Positions 1 through 10,217 of a stretch of DNA of 64,000 bases are shown piece by piece. The DNA comes from Myxococcales bacterium (GTDB taxonomy: Bacteria > Desulfobacterota > Binatia > HRBIN30), in contig JBBILD010000008.1 in assembly GCA_037445065.1 (NCBI GenBank), positions 32,001-96,000 on the forward strand, written 5' to 3'. The notes under the pieces are model-generated. The model did no database searches. It was not told the origin of the DNA and saw only the letters and a list, made by a program, of their open reading frames with translations. The position numbers and the translations under genes are program-made. Each line of letters begins with the position of its first letter. Within the stretch, counting starts at the first letter, position 1.

Positions 1-143
1 CGCTCCTTGATCCAGCGGGCGGCGGCCTCTGCTTGCCGTTTGCCGCGTTCGGTGATCGGCACCTCGGGGGTTTGCGTAAAGATGCGGTCGCGATTGCCTT
101 CGCTCTCTCCGTGGCGAACCAAGATTAGGGTGCTGTTTTGCAT
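1..143 (-). CDS. Histidine phosphatase (phosphoglycerate mutase) family protein, 5' part; runs off the window
   Basis: Manual translation from ATG (cat at 141-143): MQNSTLILVRHGESEGNRDRIFTQTPEVPITERGKRQAEAAA, with the RHG(E) catalytic motif. Not in the ORF track because it is truncated. Confidence 0.85.
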   Translation of the reverse strand, partial: MQNSTLILVRHGESEGNRDRIFTQTPEVPITERGKRQAEAAARWIKE

Positions 144-241
144 GCAGGGATCTTGGTTAGCAAATCGCGAGCGCGCGCGGCGACCGAGATGCTCCGCTGC
201 GCCGTTGACGCTGCATTCCGAGCGGCTGTAGAAAGCGAAAG

Positions 242-1339
242 ATGAGTAAAGAACATGCGGTGGGGGTGCTCGGTGCGACGGGTTACACGGGCCGGCTGGT
301 AATGCGGGCACTCTGTCAACTGGGTATGCGGGCGCTAGCGGCGGGACGGAACCGGGCGAAGCTCGAGGTGTTGTCACGCGAATTGGGAGGTGTTCCCTCG
401 CTGGTAGCGGATGTGGAGCGCGCGGAGACCTTGGCTGAGCTGAGCCGCCGCTGCCGGGTTCTGATCAACTGCGCGGGGCCCTTCATTGATTTGGGCGAAC
501 CGGTCGTGGAGGCCGCTATCGATAACGCTTGCCACTACCTCGATACGACGGGTGAACAGCCGTTTGTTCGCAGGATTCAGGAAAAAGATGAACGAGCCCG
601 GGAGCGTCGAGTCGCGATCGTGCCCGCACATGCCTTCGAAATTGCCTTGGCAGATTGCGGGGCTGCGCTGTTAGCGGAAGGGTATCGCGAGGTAGCCTCG
701 ATCGAGGTGGTCTACGCCACGCGCTTCCATGCGAGTCAGGGCACGAAACGGACGGTCCTCCGCATGTTGGCGAGCGAGAGTTTCGCCTACCAGGACGGGC
801 GTTGGGTTCTGGAGGCGCCTGGCCGAGTGCGCCGGTCTGTGGACTTACCGCCACCGTGGGGAAAAAGGATCGCCGTGAGCTTCCCCGGCGCGGAGATCGC
901 TACCATTCCACGCCACACCCGTGCTCGCAACGTTCGCGCGTTCATGGCACTCCCACCGTCTCAGGCTGCGGCAGCCGCCCTGGCCGTGCCCGTGCTGCGT
1001 TTGTTGCTCGCCTCGCCGGCGCGGCTGCTGCTGAGTTCTTTGTTGGGAACAGGCACGGAAGGGCCTGAGGAGTCGGTGCGCGCGCAAGATACGTTCCTCA
1101 TCTCCTTCGCCATCCGCGGGGTAAAAGAGGGGCGTGCGCGGCACGAGCGGGCCCTGCTCACCGGCCGCGACCCCTACGGCATCACGGCGGTGCTTGCCGC
1201 CCGAGCGGCGTGTCGCATGAGCGAGGAGTCGTGGGATCGGAGCGGGGTGTTGGCACCTGCGCAAGCGTTCCGCCCGGCAGACGTGTTTGCCGACGCGGCC
1301 GAATTCGACTTGGAATGGAAGCGACTCGACGGAGACTAG
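242..1339 (+). CDS. Saccharopine dehydrogenase-like NAD(P)-binding oxidoreductase (trans-acting enoyl reductase family)
   Basis: Rossmann motif VLGATGYTG, AGRN, LINCAGPF, HYLDTTGE, C-terminal DPYGITA and GVLAPAQAF. Confidence 0.85.
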   Translation: MSKEHAVGVLGATGYTGRLVMRALCQLGMRALAAGRNRAKLEVLSRELGGVPSLVADVERAETLAELSRRCRVLINCAGPFIDLGEPVVEAAIDNACHYLDTTGEQPFVRRIQEKDERARERRVAIVPAHAFEIALADCGAALLAEGYREVASIEVVYATRFHASQGTKRTVLRMLASESFAYQDGRWVLEAPGRVRRSVDLPPPWGKRIAVSFPGAEIATIPRHTRARNVRAFMALPPSQAAAAALAVPVLRLLLASPARLLLSSLLGTGTEGPEESVRAQDTFLISFAIRGVKEGRARHERALLTGRDPYGITAVLAARAACRMSEESWDRSGVLAPAQAFRPADVFADAAEFDLEWKRLDGD

Positions 1340-2331
1340 TGCTCCACCTCGAAGCCCAGCGATTCGACCATCTTTCGCACCGCCTCTGCCGCTTCCCCGG
1401 GGGTGGTGAGGTATCCATCCACGAACAACGAATTGGCGGGATAGAGCGCTAGACCCTGCCAACCGCCGAGGTGCAGCTCGCGACCTCCGGCGACGCGAAG
1501 TTCCGCATCCGGCCGTACAAACCGCATCAGACACAACGCGCGCAAGCACTGCGCAGGATCTAAGTTCCAATGGTTCTCGAGAGGTGTTCCAGGAATGGGA
1601 TGGAGAAAGTTGAGAGGCAGCGAGTCCACCCGCAACGCGCGCAACTCGAAGGCGAGGTCAATGAGATCGTCTTCGTCTTCTCCCATTCCGATGATCCCGC
1701 CGCAACAGGTGCGCAGTCCGGCTTTCTGCACGGCGCGCACCGTGGCGAGCCGATCGTCGTAGGTGTGCGTCGTGCAGATCCGGGGATAAAAGCGGCGGCT
1801 GGTGTTTAGGTTATGGTTGATCCAGCCGACCCCAGCCTCTTTGAGGGCACGGGCTTGGTCTTCGTTGAGAAGCCCAGGCGAGACGCAAATTTCCAGCTCA
1901 GGAAACTCGGCCTTGATGGCGCGCGCAGCCGCAGTGAACCGTTCGAGATCCACTTTGCTCGGCCCGCGCCCGCTGGTCACCATGCAGTAGCGTTTGGCGC
2001 CCGCGCGCACCGCCCGCCGAGCGGAGCTCACGAGTTCGGCGACGGAGTCCAGGCGGTAGCGCGGAATCGCTGCAGTGGAGATGGCGGATTGGGAGCAATA
2101 GTGGCAGTCCTCGGGACAGAGGCCGCTGCGCGCATTGCGCAGTTGGCACAACTTCACCCGCCGCCCGTGGAAACGCTCGCGCACGCGCAAAGCAGCGTGC
2201 AGTAGATCCGGCAAGCTTTCGGTCGGGGTCCGCAACACCTGGCGCGCTTGCTCGCGACTCAACTCGCCACCTTGTAAAACCAGGTCGGCAAGCTCTTGGT
2301 AACTGGGTGCCGGCGCAGAGACTGATTGCAT
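1336..2331 (-). CDS. bioB: Biotin synthase
   Basis: Radical SAM CPEDCHYCSQS, NHNLNTS, CCGGIIGMGE, LNFLHPIPGTPL, RVAGGRE, GYLTT. Start could be 2349. Confidence 0.95.
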   Translation of the reverse strand: MQSVSAPAPSYQELADLVLQGGELSREQARQVLRTPTESLPDLLHAALRVRERFHGRRVKLCQLRNARSGLCPEDCHYCSQSAISTAAIPRYRLDSVAELVSSARRAVRAGAKRYCMVTSGRGPSKVDLERFTAAARAIKAEFPELEICVSPGLLNEDQARALKEAGVGWINHNLNTSRRFYPRICTTHTYDDRLATVRAVQKAGLRTCCGGIIGMGEDEDDLIDLAFELRALRVDSLPLNFLHPIPGTPLENHWNLDPAQCLRALCLMRFVRPDAELRVAGGRELHLGGWQGLALYPANSLFVDGYLTTPGEAAEAVRKMVESLGFEVEH

Positions 2332-2433
2332 GGGGCTTTTGGCTACCAAGCACGCTGTTTTGGGACAAGGCTGGGACTGCGATTCTCTGGCGCGTACTTG
2401 GCACAGGTGTGTTTGTGCTCCAATAGCAAGCCA

Positions 2434-2871
2434 ATGCGGTCACAAGCTTTCCTGTCTCTGGTAGCGAGTTCGCTGATCGGCGGGTGCGTCGCGCCGGCCC
2501 CCCCGGAGCCAGCGCTCCCTCCACCGCCTCCGCCGCCGAAAATCCTGGTCGAAGAAGAGGTTCGTCCGGTGGAGCGACCGGAGCTGGCCATTCTCGAGGT
2601 GGAGGAGAACAGAGGGAGCGACCCGCAGATGGTGGAGGTCGTCGGGCGTGTGCTCAATCGCGGCCCAGGGCGCGCGCGGCAGTTGTCCGTAACGGTACAC
2701 GTACTCGATGACCAGGGTAACGAACTCGCCTCCCTGCCCGCTCAAGTGGACAGCGACACGATCGAACCCAACGCTACTGTTGGCTTTCGTTTGTTGCTTC
2801 AACGCCCCGCTGGGGCGAGCCGCTACGAAGTGGTGGCGGTGGCTCGAGGGCAGGACGAGAGCACCCACTGA
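2434..2871 (+). CDS. Putative lipoprotein with Pro-rich linker and FxLYD-like Ig-fold domain
   Basis: Lipobox LIGGC after a hydrophobic stretch, poly-Pro linker, then VVGRVLNRG...VTVHVLDDQG...IEPNATVGF pattern. Confidence 0.6.
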   Translation: MRSQAFLSLVASSLIGGCVAPAPPEPALPPPPPPPKILVEEEVRPVERPELAILEVEENRGSDPQMVEVVGRVLNRGPGRARQLSVTVHVLDDQGNELASLPAQVDSDTIEPNATVGFRLLLQRPAGASRYEVVAVARGQDESTH

Positions 2872-2998
2872 ACTCTGCGGCCGGAAGACCCACCCTCTTC
2901 CCGCGCAAACGAGTGAGAAGAGGTGGATCCGTATGGGGGCGCTGGACCGGTGCAGAATGTGCGAGCCACCGGTCTCCATCCTTTCCCAGGGTGAGAAT

Positions 2999-4222
2999 TC
3001 AAGAGCGACTGGCGTCTTGAGGGCGCGTTTCTGCGTACGCCTGCAAGATGCGCCGCGCCACCACCATTTTGTGCACTTCATCTGGCCCGTCATAAATGCG
3101 CGCGAGGCGCGCCTGGCGGTAGAAGAAAGACAACGGCAGGTCGTCGCAAACTCCAGCGGCCCCAAAGATCTGTACGGCCTTGTCAATCACGCTGTGCAGC
3201 ATACGCGCCCCGAAAAATTTGATGAGGGAGATTTCTTCGCGCGCCGCGTAGGTTCCCTCGGTGTCGATCTTCCAGGCCGCGTGCAGGGTCATCAGGCGGG
3301 CAGCTTGGATCTCGGCGCGGGCCTCTGCGATCCAATCTTGGATATTTGCCTTGCGCGCGAGCGTGCTGCCGAAGGCCTCCCGTTGGTTGGCGTAGCGGCA
3401 CATCAGTTCAAAGGCGCGTTGCGCCATGCCGAGCCACCGCATGCAGTGGTGGATGCGGCCCGGCCCCAGGCGCTCTTGCGCGATCATGAACCCCATACCC
3501 TCTTCGCCGAGCCGGTAGCTCACCGGAACCCGGCAGTTCTCGTACCAAATTTCCGCGTGGTGGTTGTCGTCATCGCCGAGAACGGAGAGACCCCGGGCGA
3601 TGCGGAACCCCGGGGTATCGGTGGGCACAATGATGAGGCTGTAGCGCAGGTAGGGGTTGTCGCGCTGCGGATTGGTGAGCGCCACCACAATCGCAAATGC
3701 CGCTCCGTGCGCCCCGCTCGTGAACCATTTGTGCCCATTGATCACGTAGAAGTCGCCGTCGCGTACGGCGGTCGTACGCAGGAGGCGCGGGTCCGAGCCT
3801 GCCACCTCCGGCTCGGTCATGGAAAAGCAGCTACGAATCTCGCCGCGCACCAGCGGCCAAAACCAGCGCTGTTTTTGTTCCTCTGTGCCAAATCGCCAGA
3901 GGATTTCGGCGTTGCCGGAGTCCGGGGCTTGTGAGCCGCAGACTACGGGCGCGATCGGCGAGCGCCCGAGCACCTCGTTCACGAACACGTACTGCATGAA
4001 CGGCAGCCCGGCCCCTCCGGCCTCGCGCGGCAGGTGGAATGCCCAATAGCCCAACGCCTTCGCCTTGTTTTGCAGCTCTCGAATCTGGGGTGGATACGGT
4101 GGCCCGTGTTCCTGTAGTACCCAGCGTTCACGGCGGCGCTCCAACGGATAAATGTGCTCTTCCAGAAACTGGTGCAAATTGCGGCAGAGCTCCTGGGTTT
4201 CCTCCGGGATCGAAAAATCCAT
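2999..4222 (-). CDS. Acyl-CoA dehydrogenase (ACAD10/11-like subfamily)
   Basis: APDSGNAEIL, CFSMTEPEVAGSD, INGHKWFTSGA, RLGPGRIHHCMR, RIYDGPDEVH. Confidence 0.95.
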   Translation of the reverse strand: MDFSIPEETQELCRNLHQFLEEHIYPLERRRERWVLQEHGPPYPPQIRELQNKAKALGYWAFHLPREAGGAGLPFMQYVFVNEVLGRSPIAPVVCGSQAPDSGNAEILWRFGTEEQKQRWFWPLVRGEIRSCFSMTEPEVAGSDPRLLRTTAVRDGDFYVINGHKWFTSGAHGAAFAIVVALTNPQRDNPYLRYSLIIVPTDTPGFRIARGLSVLGDDDNHHAEIWYENCRVPVSYRLGEEGMGFMIAQERLGPGRIHHCMRWLGMAQRAFELMCRYANQREAFGSTLARKANIQDWIAEARAEIQAARLMTLHAAWKIDTEGTYAAREEISLIKFFGARMLHSVIDKAVQIFGAAGVCDDLPLSFFYRQARLARIYDGPDEVHKMVVARRILQAYAETRPQDASRS

Positions 4223-4267
4223 CGCGCACCCTCCTCGGGCAGTGTCTGCGCCAAAGGATCGGTTCGG

Positions 4268-5203
4268 TCAACCAGCCCTAGCTTGCTCGAGTGTTGGATC
4301 GCACGGGAGGAATTCCAAAAAGCGGCGTGCGGCTGCGGCTGCGTTGCTGGCTGCATAGCGGTAGTAAGCGGAAAATTGCGCGAGGAACCCACCCAGTGAA
4401 AGCGGATCCCCTGGGCCGTCGGAGACCGCCCGGAAGGCCACGAAGGGAATGCCGGCCTGCGCTGCCACCTCGGCGATGGCGGCTGTCTCCATGTCTTGAA
4501 TCGACGGCTCTGCGGCCGCCTGCGGCGCCAGATGCACGGGGCTTTGCTTCGTGCGGGGAGCGGCGTTTGCTGCAGGAACATCGCAGCCGTATAGATCGTC
4601 TCCTCCCTCTTGGCAGGGGAACGGACGGCCAGCGAACGGATCATCACTAAGACCAAGATCCACGGCGAGCAGGCGCGGTGCTTCGGGCATGCACACTGGA
4701 AGGAGCCCGCCGGGGAGCTGCGCCGAGGTGCAGCGCTGCAGACCGGCCTCGGCTCTCGCGGCGATGCGACGTACCAGGTTCCACCAGGGCAAGTGCACCG
4801 TGAATTCCCTTCCGTCCCGCAGCATCCAGCGCCGGGGAACAACCACGCTCCCAATGGGCACGCGACTGCTCCCCGCCACGCCGACTACGAGCACCGCTCG
4901 CGGTGCAAAGTGCTGGATGGTCAAAGAGGCGACGCGGCGGGCATTGGCCAACCCGATCCCGGTCATGGCGATGATCCCGGGATGACGGCCGACTTGCGCG
5001 CGACGGAACCTCTGACCGTCCACGACCAACAGTTCGGTTCCTGAGGAATGCTGGAGGACCGCCTCCAACTCGGCCGGGAAGGCGCTCAAAACGGCGAGCG
5101 GTGGCTGGTCCCCTGACGGACACAGTGGCTCTCCGTCACTGCCGCAACCGGCGGCGACCAGTGACGCGACAAGGATGACAAATCGAGCGAGCTTGGCTTG
5201 CAT
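4268..5203 (-). CDS. 5'-methylthioadenosine/S-adenosylhomocysteine nucleosidase family protein, predicted lipoprotein
   Basis: SAFPAE, TGIGLANA, VGVAG, DMETAAIAEVA...FRAVSD motifs; N-terminal lipobox LVAAGC. Confidence 0.8.
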   Translation of the reverse strand: MQAKLARFVILVASLVAAGCGSDGEPLCPSGDQPPLAVLSAFPAELEAVLQHSSGTELLVVDGQRFRRAQVGRHPGIIAMTGIGLANARRVASLTIQHFAPRAVLVVGVAGSSRVPIGSVVVPRRWMLRDGREFTVHLPWWNLVRRIAARAEAGLQRCTSAQLPGGLLPVCMPEAPRLLAVDLGLSDDPFAGRPFPCQEGGDDLYGCDVPAANAAPRTKQSPVHLAPQAAAEPSIQDMETAAIAEVAAQAGIPFVAFRAVSDGPGDPLSLGGFLAQFSAYYRYAASNAAAAARRFLEFLPCDPTLEQARAG

Positions 5204-5356
5204 CCGCGTTGCAGGAGGTGCGTGTGCGTTCCAGCAAGTTCTGCTGGCTCTGGCAAGAGCCATGGTGAGAACAGGATGACCCTAGCCGTGGCCCCTTTTG
5301 TGCCGCCGGATTGGCTGGTAGAAGCCGCGCATTCCACGAGGAAAGGCAGCGTAGCG

Positions 5357-5776
5357 ATGCAGGTCGGTACATGGGTGGCTTTGTCTTTGGCCTTGTTCGC
5401 GGTTTCGGGCACGCGCCTAGGACCACCTCCGGTGGTGCTGGATTTAGGGCCGCTCGAACCAACGCCTGTGCCTACCCCTGCGCAGGCCCAGAAAAAGCGA
5501 CTCATCACCACGCTCACGCTGCAAAACAGCCCGAAGGGCGACACAGTCGTTACCTTCGAAGCCACCGACGTCGTCGAGGAGGAGGGAGGTACGTTTCGCA
5601 CCTTCGCTTCGAAACAGTACTCACTGGCGGAAGCCCAGGAAAAGCCCGAACTCAAGCCTCTTGCTCGGCAAATTGTCGAACAAATCCGTGTCCTGGAAGG
5701 CGAGCTGCTCGACTACGTGGAGAAGGCAGGCGCGCCCAAGCCGCGCGCGCCGATGACGGGCGGCCAGCGCCCTTGA
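5357..5776 (+). CDS. Hypothetical exported protein
   Basis: ATG at 5357, hydrophobic N-terminus, PTPVPTP linker, natural-looking composition. No family recognised. Confidence 0.55.
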   Translation: MQVGTWVALSLALFAVSGTRLGPPPVVLDLGPLEPTPVPTPAQAQKKRLITTLTLQNSPKGDTVVTFEATDVVEEEGGTFRTFASKQYSLAEAQEKPELKPLARQIVEQIRVLEGELLDYVEKAGAPKPRAPMTGGQRP

Positions 5777-5822
5777 GCAGCGTGCGATCGGGATTCGTCC
5801 CTGCCCGCAGGCGGCGCGCCGC

Positions 5823-8800
5823 TTACTCGGAACCGAGCAGCTGCACCAGTGCCACCACGTCGGCCGCGGTGACGTGCCCGTCCCGATTGACGTCGGCGCC
5901 TGCCCCGGGCGGCAACTCCTCGAACACAACGGCGAGTAGAAGCTCGAGGTCGAGTCCATCCACCGCGCCATTTCCGTCAACGTCTCCGGTGAGACCCGAG
6001 TGCGTCGGGGTAAGCGAAGGGGTGCGCGTGGCCGTGCGTGTCCGTGTAGCAGAGGCGGTAGGAGAGCGCGAAGGCGTCGGTGTGACCGTGGGTGTCGGGG
6101 TCATAGTCACGGTCGGGGCGGGGGTATTGGCCGAGCCGAGAAAAAACGGAGCGTAGCGCAGCAGGTTGACGGTAGCCGGCCCCTGGGTCGCCAGCCTTCC
6201 CAAGAAACAGTAGTTGAGAGTGCTGGCGATGACCCGGCCCTCCCCGTACACATACTCGACCAGACTCGGGCCATTGGCATTTTCCAACAGCACGGTTGCG
6301 TTCGGCGGAAGATTGGTGAGAATTCCTTCGTCCGTGGGACCCCAACCCGCAAAGTCTGCCGTGGTCAGTGAAACGCCGCCGAAGCCGTTCCCCGTGAAGT
6401 ACGGGTGCTCAGGGGCGAGGAGCGTTTCGCTGTCGTGCACGGCCGTTTGCGCGAAGCCGACCCCACCGGGCGCAACGTTGGCCTGATCCCCGAATCGGCC
6501 GGCAACGTGGATCACCGCCACGCCGCCGCTTGCCACGAACTGTTCGATGAGTCCACCGGGGCCGACAAGCCGCTGCAGCACGAGGTAATCGTCGAGGGAG
6601 AGGCCGGGGGGTACGTATAGGGTTTGAAACAACTCCCGGATTGCGGACGGATCTTGTCCCTCGAGGCTGGTCAACGGCCGCACGGCGGTTTGGAACCCGA
6701 CCGCGGTTGCGAGGTCGAAGATGCAGTCAATCTGATTGTTCCCGGAGGCAAATAGGAAGGGTATTCGCGGAATCGGGGTAGGCGTGGCCGTGGGTCGAGT
6801 CCCAGTCACTGTGGGTTCCGGGGTTAGGGTGCGGGTGAGCGTCGGCGTGGAAGAGGGTCGGGTTTGGGATGGAGTTGGGCTGGCCGTGGCGGAGGCGGTG
6901 AGCGACGGGGTGACGCTACGCGTAGGGGAAGCGGTTCGCGTCGGTGACAAGGTCGCGAGTACCGTGGGTGTATCGGAGGCCGTCGCTGTCGGGGACGAGG
7001 TCAGAGAGTAGGTGGGGGATGGCGAGAATGTCGCGGTCTGGCTGGCGGTTGCGGTTCGAGTTCGGGTCGGCGTCAGTGAGGGGGTAGAAGTCAGTGTAAG
7101 CGAGGGAGTTGGGCTTGGCGTGGCACTCGGAGTGAAGGTCACGGTGGCAGGAGGAGTGGGAGTTTCCGTGGGTGTCCAGGTATGAGTCGGGGTCACGGAT
7201 GCGGTGGCGCTCGCGGTCGCAGTAGTCGTAGGTGTAGGGGTGGGTGTCGGCACTTCGTAACATACCTCAACCCAAACGCTGGTGGTGCGGACGTTGTCGC
7301 CGGCGCCAACCTGGTGAGCGACACCGGCTTGGATGCGGTTCACATCCGCCCACGTCCATTCCGAGCCAAAGGCAGGATTGAGGCACGGTGGGGGACCGGG
7401 TGTGGGAGCGATTCGTTGGCAGAAGTTCTGCACGATCTCGGTATAGTGGGTGCCCAGGTTTCGATAGACAGGGTTGGTTGGGTAGATCGTGGATGTGCCT
7501 CCACGTAGTAACGCAGCCGCCTGGCTGCGCGGAGCCGCGTTGATCGAGCGGGACACCACGTGCACGTTGACCGCGACGATACGTTCCGAGCGTGGGAGAG
7601 TATCTTCGATCGCGTACATGTCGACCTGTGGGCCGGGCCCGCTGGTGTCGCGATCGTAGAACACGAAGCTGGCATCCCCGTCGTCCCCGATGACGCATTG
7701 CCAGTTTGCCGTACAGCCAAAGCGGAAATTGGCCGGCGCCTCGGCAGGACCATTCGGCGCAAGCGCGATGCAGTTCGGCCCAGAGGTGGGGAATTGGATG
7801 GGAGTGTTGGTCGGTGTGGCACTTTGCGTGGGCGTGGGAGTGATGGTGGGGGTCATGGTCAGGCAGAACCCCCCGCTGCACAGAGCCTGAAACACCGGGG
7901 TGCTGCCAGCCGGGCAGCGACCTCCGGCAGGCAAGCCGCAAGCGCGTTGCTCTTCGGAAAGAGGAATTTCGCAGCAGTCGTTGGGGCCGAGGGTGGGTGT
8001 CAGCGTAGCAGTGGGGGTGAGGGTTGCAGTCAAGGTAGGTGACAGAGTCGGGGTCAGGGTGGGGGTGTGGGTGTACGTGGCGCACTGCCCGTCTCCGAGG
8101 CAGGCCGCTTGGTAAACGATGACTCCGGGGCCGCACTCGTGGTCGAAAGGCACGCGGCAGACAAGCAGGCCCCCAGTCACTGCTTGGCAGCAGTCCTGGG
8201 TTCCCGGTGTGTTGGTCGGGGTGGGGGTTTCTGTCGGCGTGGCGGTGCGCGTCGGCGTGCGCGTGATGGTGGGGGTGGTGGTGCGGGTCGGAGTTACCGT
8301 GAATGTAGGCGTAGACGACGAGGTCGGCGTGCGGGTGGGTGTCAGAGTGAGTGTAGGCGTGCCCGACGGCGTGTCCGTGCTTGTGGGGGTGGGTGAAGGT
8401 GAAGGGGTTGGTGTTGCGCTTGGAGTGTCTGTCGGGGTTTGCGTTCGCGTAGCCGTGGCCGTGGAAGTGGGAGTAGAGGTACGAGTCGCGGTCGGTGTCT
8501 CGGTTGCAGTCGGAGTCTCGGTGGGGGTCGCTGTCGGTGTAGGGGTGTACGGGAGGCAGGTGCCGTCAAAGTTGCACACAGCGTTAGGCACGAACTCGCA
8601 CTGCGTCACATTGGAAAGGCAGGTGCCAGTGTCGGTATTGCTACAAAAGGGGACTCCCTCGATCGGGCAAAAGCAACAACCCTCCTGAGCGCTCGAGGGA
8701 GCGAGGGTGCCGGCGCACGCGAGGAGCAACAGGGCGAAGGTGGCCACAGAAAGGCAAGTCCAGGAGCGCCGAAAGTTCAGCGCCGTGCCTCCGAGCGGCC

Positions 8801-8825
8801 GAATAGCTGTGCGTCGGCGTTCCAC
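5823..8825 (-). CDS. Large secreted Pro/Thr-rich modular protein with three 6-Cys modules and a C-terminal dockerin-like domain
   Basis: Signal-like segment ([17 protein letters not shown]), long (TP)n linkers, duplicated Ca-binding loops [13 protein letters not shown] / [13 protein letters not shown] at the C-terminus. Confidence 0.85.
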   Translation of the reverse strand: MERRRTAIRPLGGTALNFRRSWTCLSVATFALLLLACAGTLAPSSAQEGCCFCPIEGVPFCSNTDTGTCLSNVTQCEFVPNAVCNFDGTCLPYTPTPTATPTETPTATETPTATRTSTPTSTATATRTQTPTDTPSATPTPSPSPTPTSTDTPSGTPTLTLTPTRTPTSSSTPTFTVTPTRTTTPTITRTPTRTATPTETPTPTNTPGTQDCCQAVTGGLLVCRVPFDHECGPGVIVYQAACLGDGQCATYTHTPTLTPTLSPTLTATLTPTATLTPTLGPNDCCEIPLSEEQRACGLPAGGRCPAGSTPVFQALCSGGFCLTMTPTITPTPTQSATPTNTPIQFPTSGPNCIALAPNGPAEAPANFRFGCTANWQCVIGDDGDASFVFYDRDTSGPGPQVDMYAIEDTLPRSERIVAVNVHVVSRSINAAPRSQAAALLRGGTSTIYPTNPVYRNLGTHYTEIVQNFCQRIAPTPGPPPCLNPAFGSEWTWADVNRIQAGVAHQVGAGDNVRTTSVWVEVCYEVPTPTPTPTTTATASATASVTPTHTWTPTETPTPPATVTFTPSATPSPTPSLTLTSTPSLTPTRTRTATASQTATFSPSPTYSLTSSPTATASDTPTVLATLSPTRTASPTRSVTPSLTASATASPTPSQTRPSSTPTLTRTLTPEPTVTGTRPTATPTPIPRIPFLFASGNNQIDCIFDLATAVGFQTAVRPLTSLEGQDPSAIRELFQTLYVPPGLSLDDYLVLQRLVGPGGLIEQFVASGGVAVIHVAGRFGDQANVAPGGVGFAQTAVHDSETLLAPEHPYFTGNGFGGVSLTTADFAGWGPTDEGILTNLPPNATVLLENANGPSLVEYVYGEGRVIASTLNYCFLGRLATQGPATVNLLRYAPFFLGSANTPAPTVTMTPTPTVTPTPSRSPTASATRTRTATRTPSLTPTHSGLTGDVDGNGAVDGLDLELLLAVVFEELPPGAGADVNRDGHVTAADVVALVQLLGSE
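6775..7255 (-). repeat. Low-complexity Thr/Pro/Ser codon repeats (linker); similar tracts at about 6005-6125, 7990-8075 and 8205-8550
   Basis: Degenerate ggtgtc/ggggtc/ggcgtg hexamer-like repeats on + encode TPTPT/TATAT on -. Confidence 0.8.
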
Positions 8826-8898
8826 GTGCGCGGACCATTCGTTGACTTGCAGAAGGGCCTCTGTTACCGGCTTGCACCTTGCCGCGCAAGGTCCAAAA

Positions 8899-10194
8899 AT
8901 GAAAATCGCTTCCGTGAAGGGGTTTCACGACGTCCTCCCGGGAGAGAGCGCGCGCTGGGCTAGATTGGAGCAGTGTGCCCGCGAAGTGTTTCGCCGCTAC
9001 CGCTTCCGTGAGATCCGCATTCCGATCGTGGAGCGTACCGAGTTGTTTCAGCGTTCGATCGGAGACACCACCGACATCGTAGAAAAAGAAATGTACACAT
9101 TCACGGATCTGGACGGCAGCGCCTTGACCCTGCGTCCAGAGGGTACGGCAAGTGTGGTGCGAGCCTACGTGGAGCATTCGTGGTGGCTGCAGGAGGCAGT
9201 CGCCAAGTGGTTTTACCTCGGGCCGATGTTTCGCCGCGAGCGTCCGCAAAAGGGGCGCTCGCGCCAGTTTCACCAGATCGGGGCGGAGGTCCTCGGGCGC
9301 GAAGACGCGGCGATCGACGCCGAGGTCCTCATGTTACTGCACGATCTGTTATCCGCGTTCGGGTTACCCGCCTTTTCGTTGGAACTGAACTCGCTGGGCG
9401 ATGGGCAATGCCGCCCGGCGTATCGTGACCACTTACGGCGGTATGGCGAAGAGCACGAGAAGGACCTGTGCGAGAATTGTCGCCGCCGCTTGGAACGAAA
9501 TCCGCTGCGTTTACTCGACTGTAAAATGGCTTCGTGTCGGCACGTCATGGCTTGTGCGCCCGTGATGCTCGATCATTTGTGCGCAGGGTGCCGGCAGCAC
9601 TTCGATCAGGTGTGCCGCCTCTTGGACCAGATGAAGGTGCCGTATCACTTGCAGCCTCGCATGGTGCGCGGGCTGGATTATTACGTGCGGACGGCCTTCG
9701 AGGTGACCGCACCGGGGCTCGGCGCACAAAATGCGGTCGGTGGTGGCGGGCGTTACGATACGTTGGTGCGAGAACTTGGCGGCCCAGAGGTGCCGGGGAT
9801 CGGTTTTGCCCTGGGGGTCGAGCGCTTGCTACTTGCTCTGGGTTCGGGGGCACCCGCCTTAGAAGAGCGGCCGGACTTGCTGATTTTGCCGGTGGACAGT
9901 GCTGGCCAAATGCAAGCGCTGCAGCTCGCGCAGCGCTGGCGGCAGCAGGGTCTCAGCATTGACGTGGGAACGAGCGAGCGTAGCCTGAAAAGCCAGATGC
10001 GCGCCGCCGACAAGCAGGGGGTGCGAGTGGTCGCCATCATCGGCGAGGCGGAACGGGAAGCGGGTGCGGCGACGGTGCGCGACATGGTCGGGAAGCGCGA
10101 CCTGCCTCAGGCAGTTCCATTTGACTGGAGCGGCGAGCAGTTGCGGGCGTTTCTGGCCGGCCTAGGTACTGGTCAATCGGCCGTGTCGTTCTGA
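8899..10194 (+). CDS. hisS: Histidine--tRNA ligase
   Basis: [57 protein letters not shown]. Confidence 0.97.
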   Translation: MKIASVKGFHDVLPGESARWARLEQCAREVFRRYRFREIRIPIVERTELFQRSIGDTTDIVEKEMYTFTDLDGSALTLRPEGTASVVRAYVEHSWWLQEAVAKWFYLGPMFRRERPQKGRSRQFHQIGAEVLGREDAAIDAEVLMLLHDLLSAFGLPAFSLELNSLGDGQCRPAYRDHLRRYGEEHEKDLCENCRRRLERNPLRLLDCKMASCRHVMACAPVMLDHLCAGCRQHFDQVCRLLDQMKVPYHLQPRMVRGLDYYVRTAFEVTAPGLGAQNAVGGGGRYDTLVRELGGPEVPGIGFALGVERLLLALGSGAPALEERPDLLILPVDSAGQMQALQLAQRWRQQGLSIDVGTSERSLKSQMRAADKQGVRVVAIIGEAEREAGAATVRDMVGKRDLPQAVPFDWSGEQLRAFLAGLGTGQSAVSF

Positions 10195-10217
10195 CTCAGA
10201 ATCCCACGAGGGACATC

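Noticed and set aside
2708..3934. 408-aa + strand ORF
   Set aside because: Antisense shadow of the acyl-CoA dehydrogenase; long antisense ORFs are common in GC-rich genes and it has no recognisable motifs.
5990..8560. Repetitive DNA as a CRISPR array or VNTR
   Set aside because: Degenerate codon-level repeats encoding Thr/Pro linkers; no fixed repeat-spacer structure and no cas genes.
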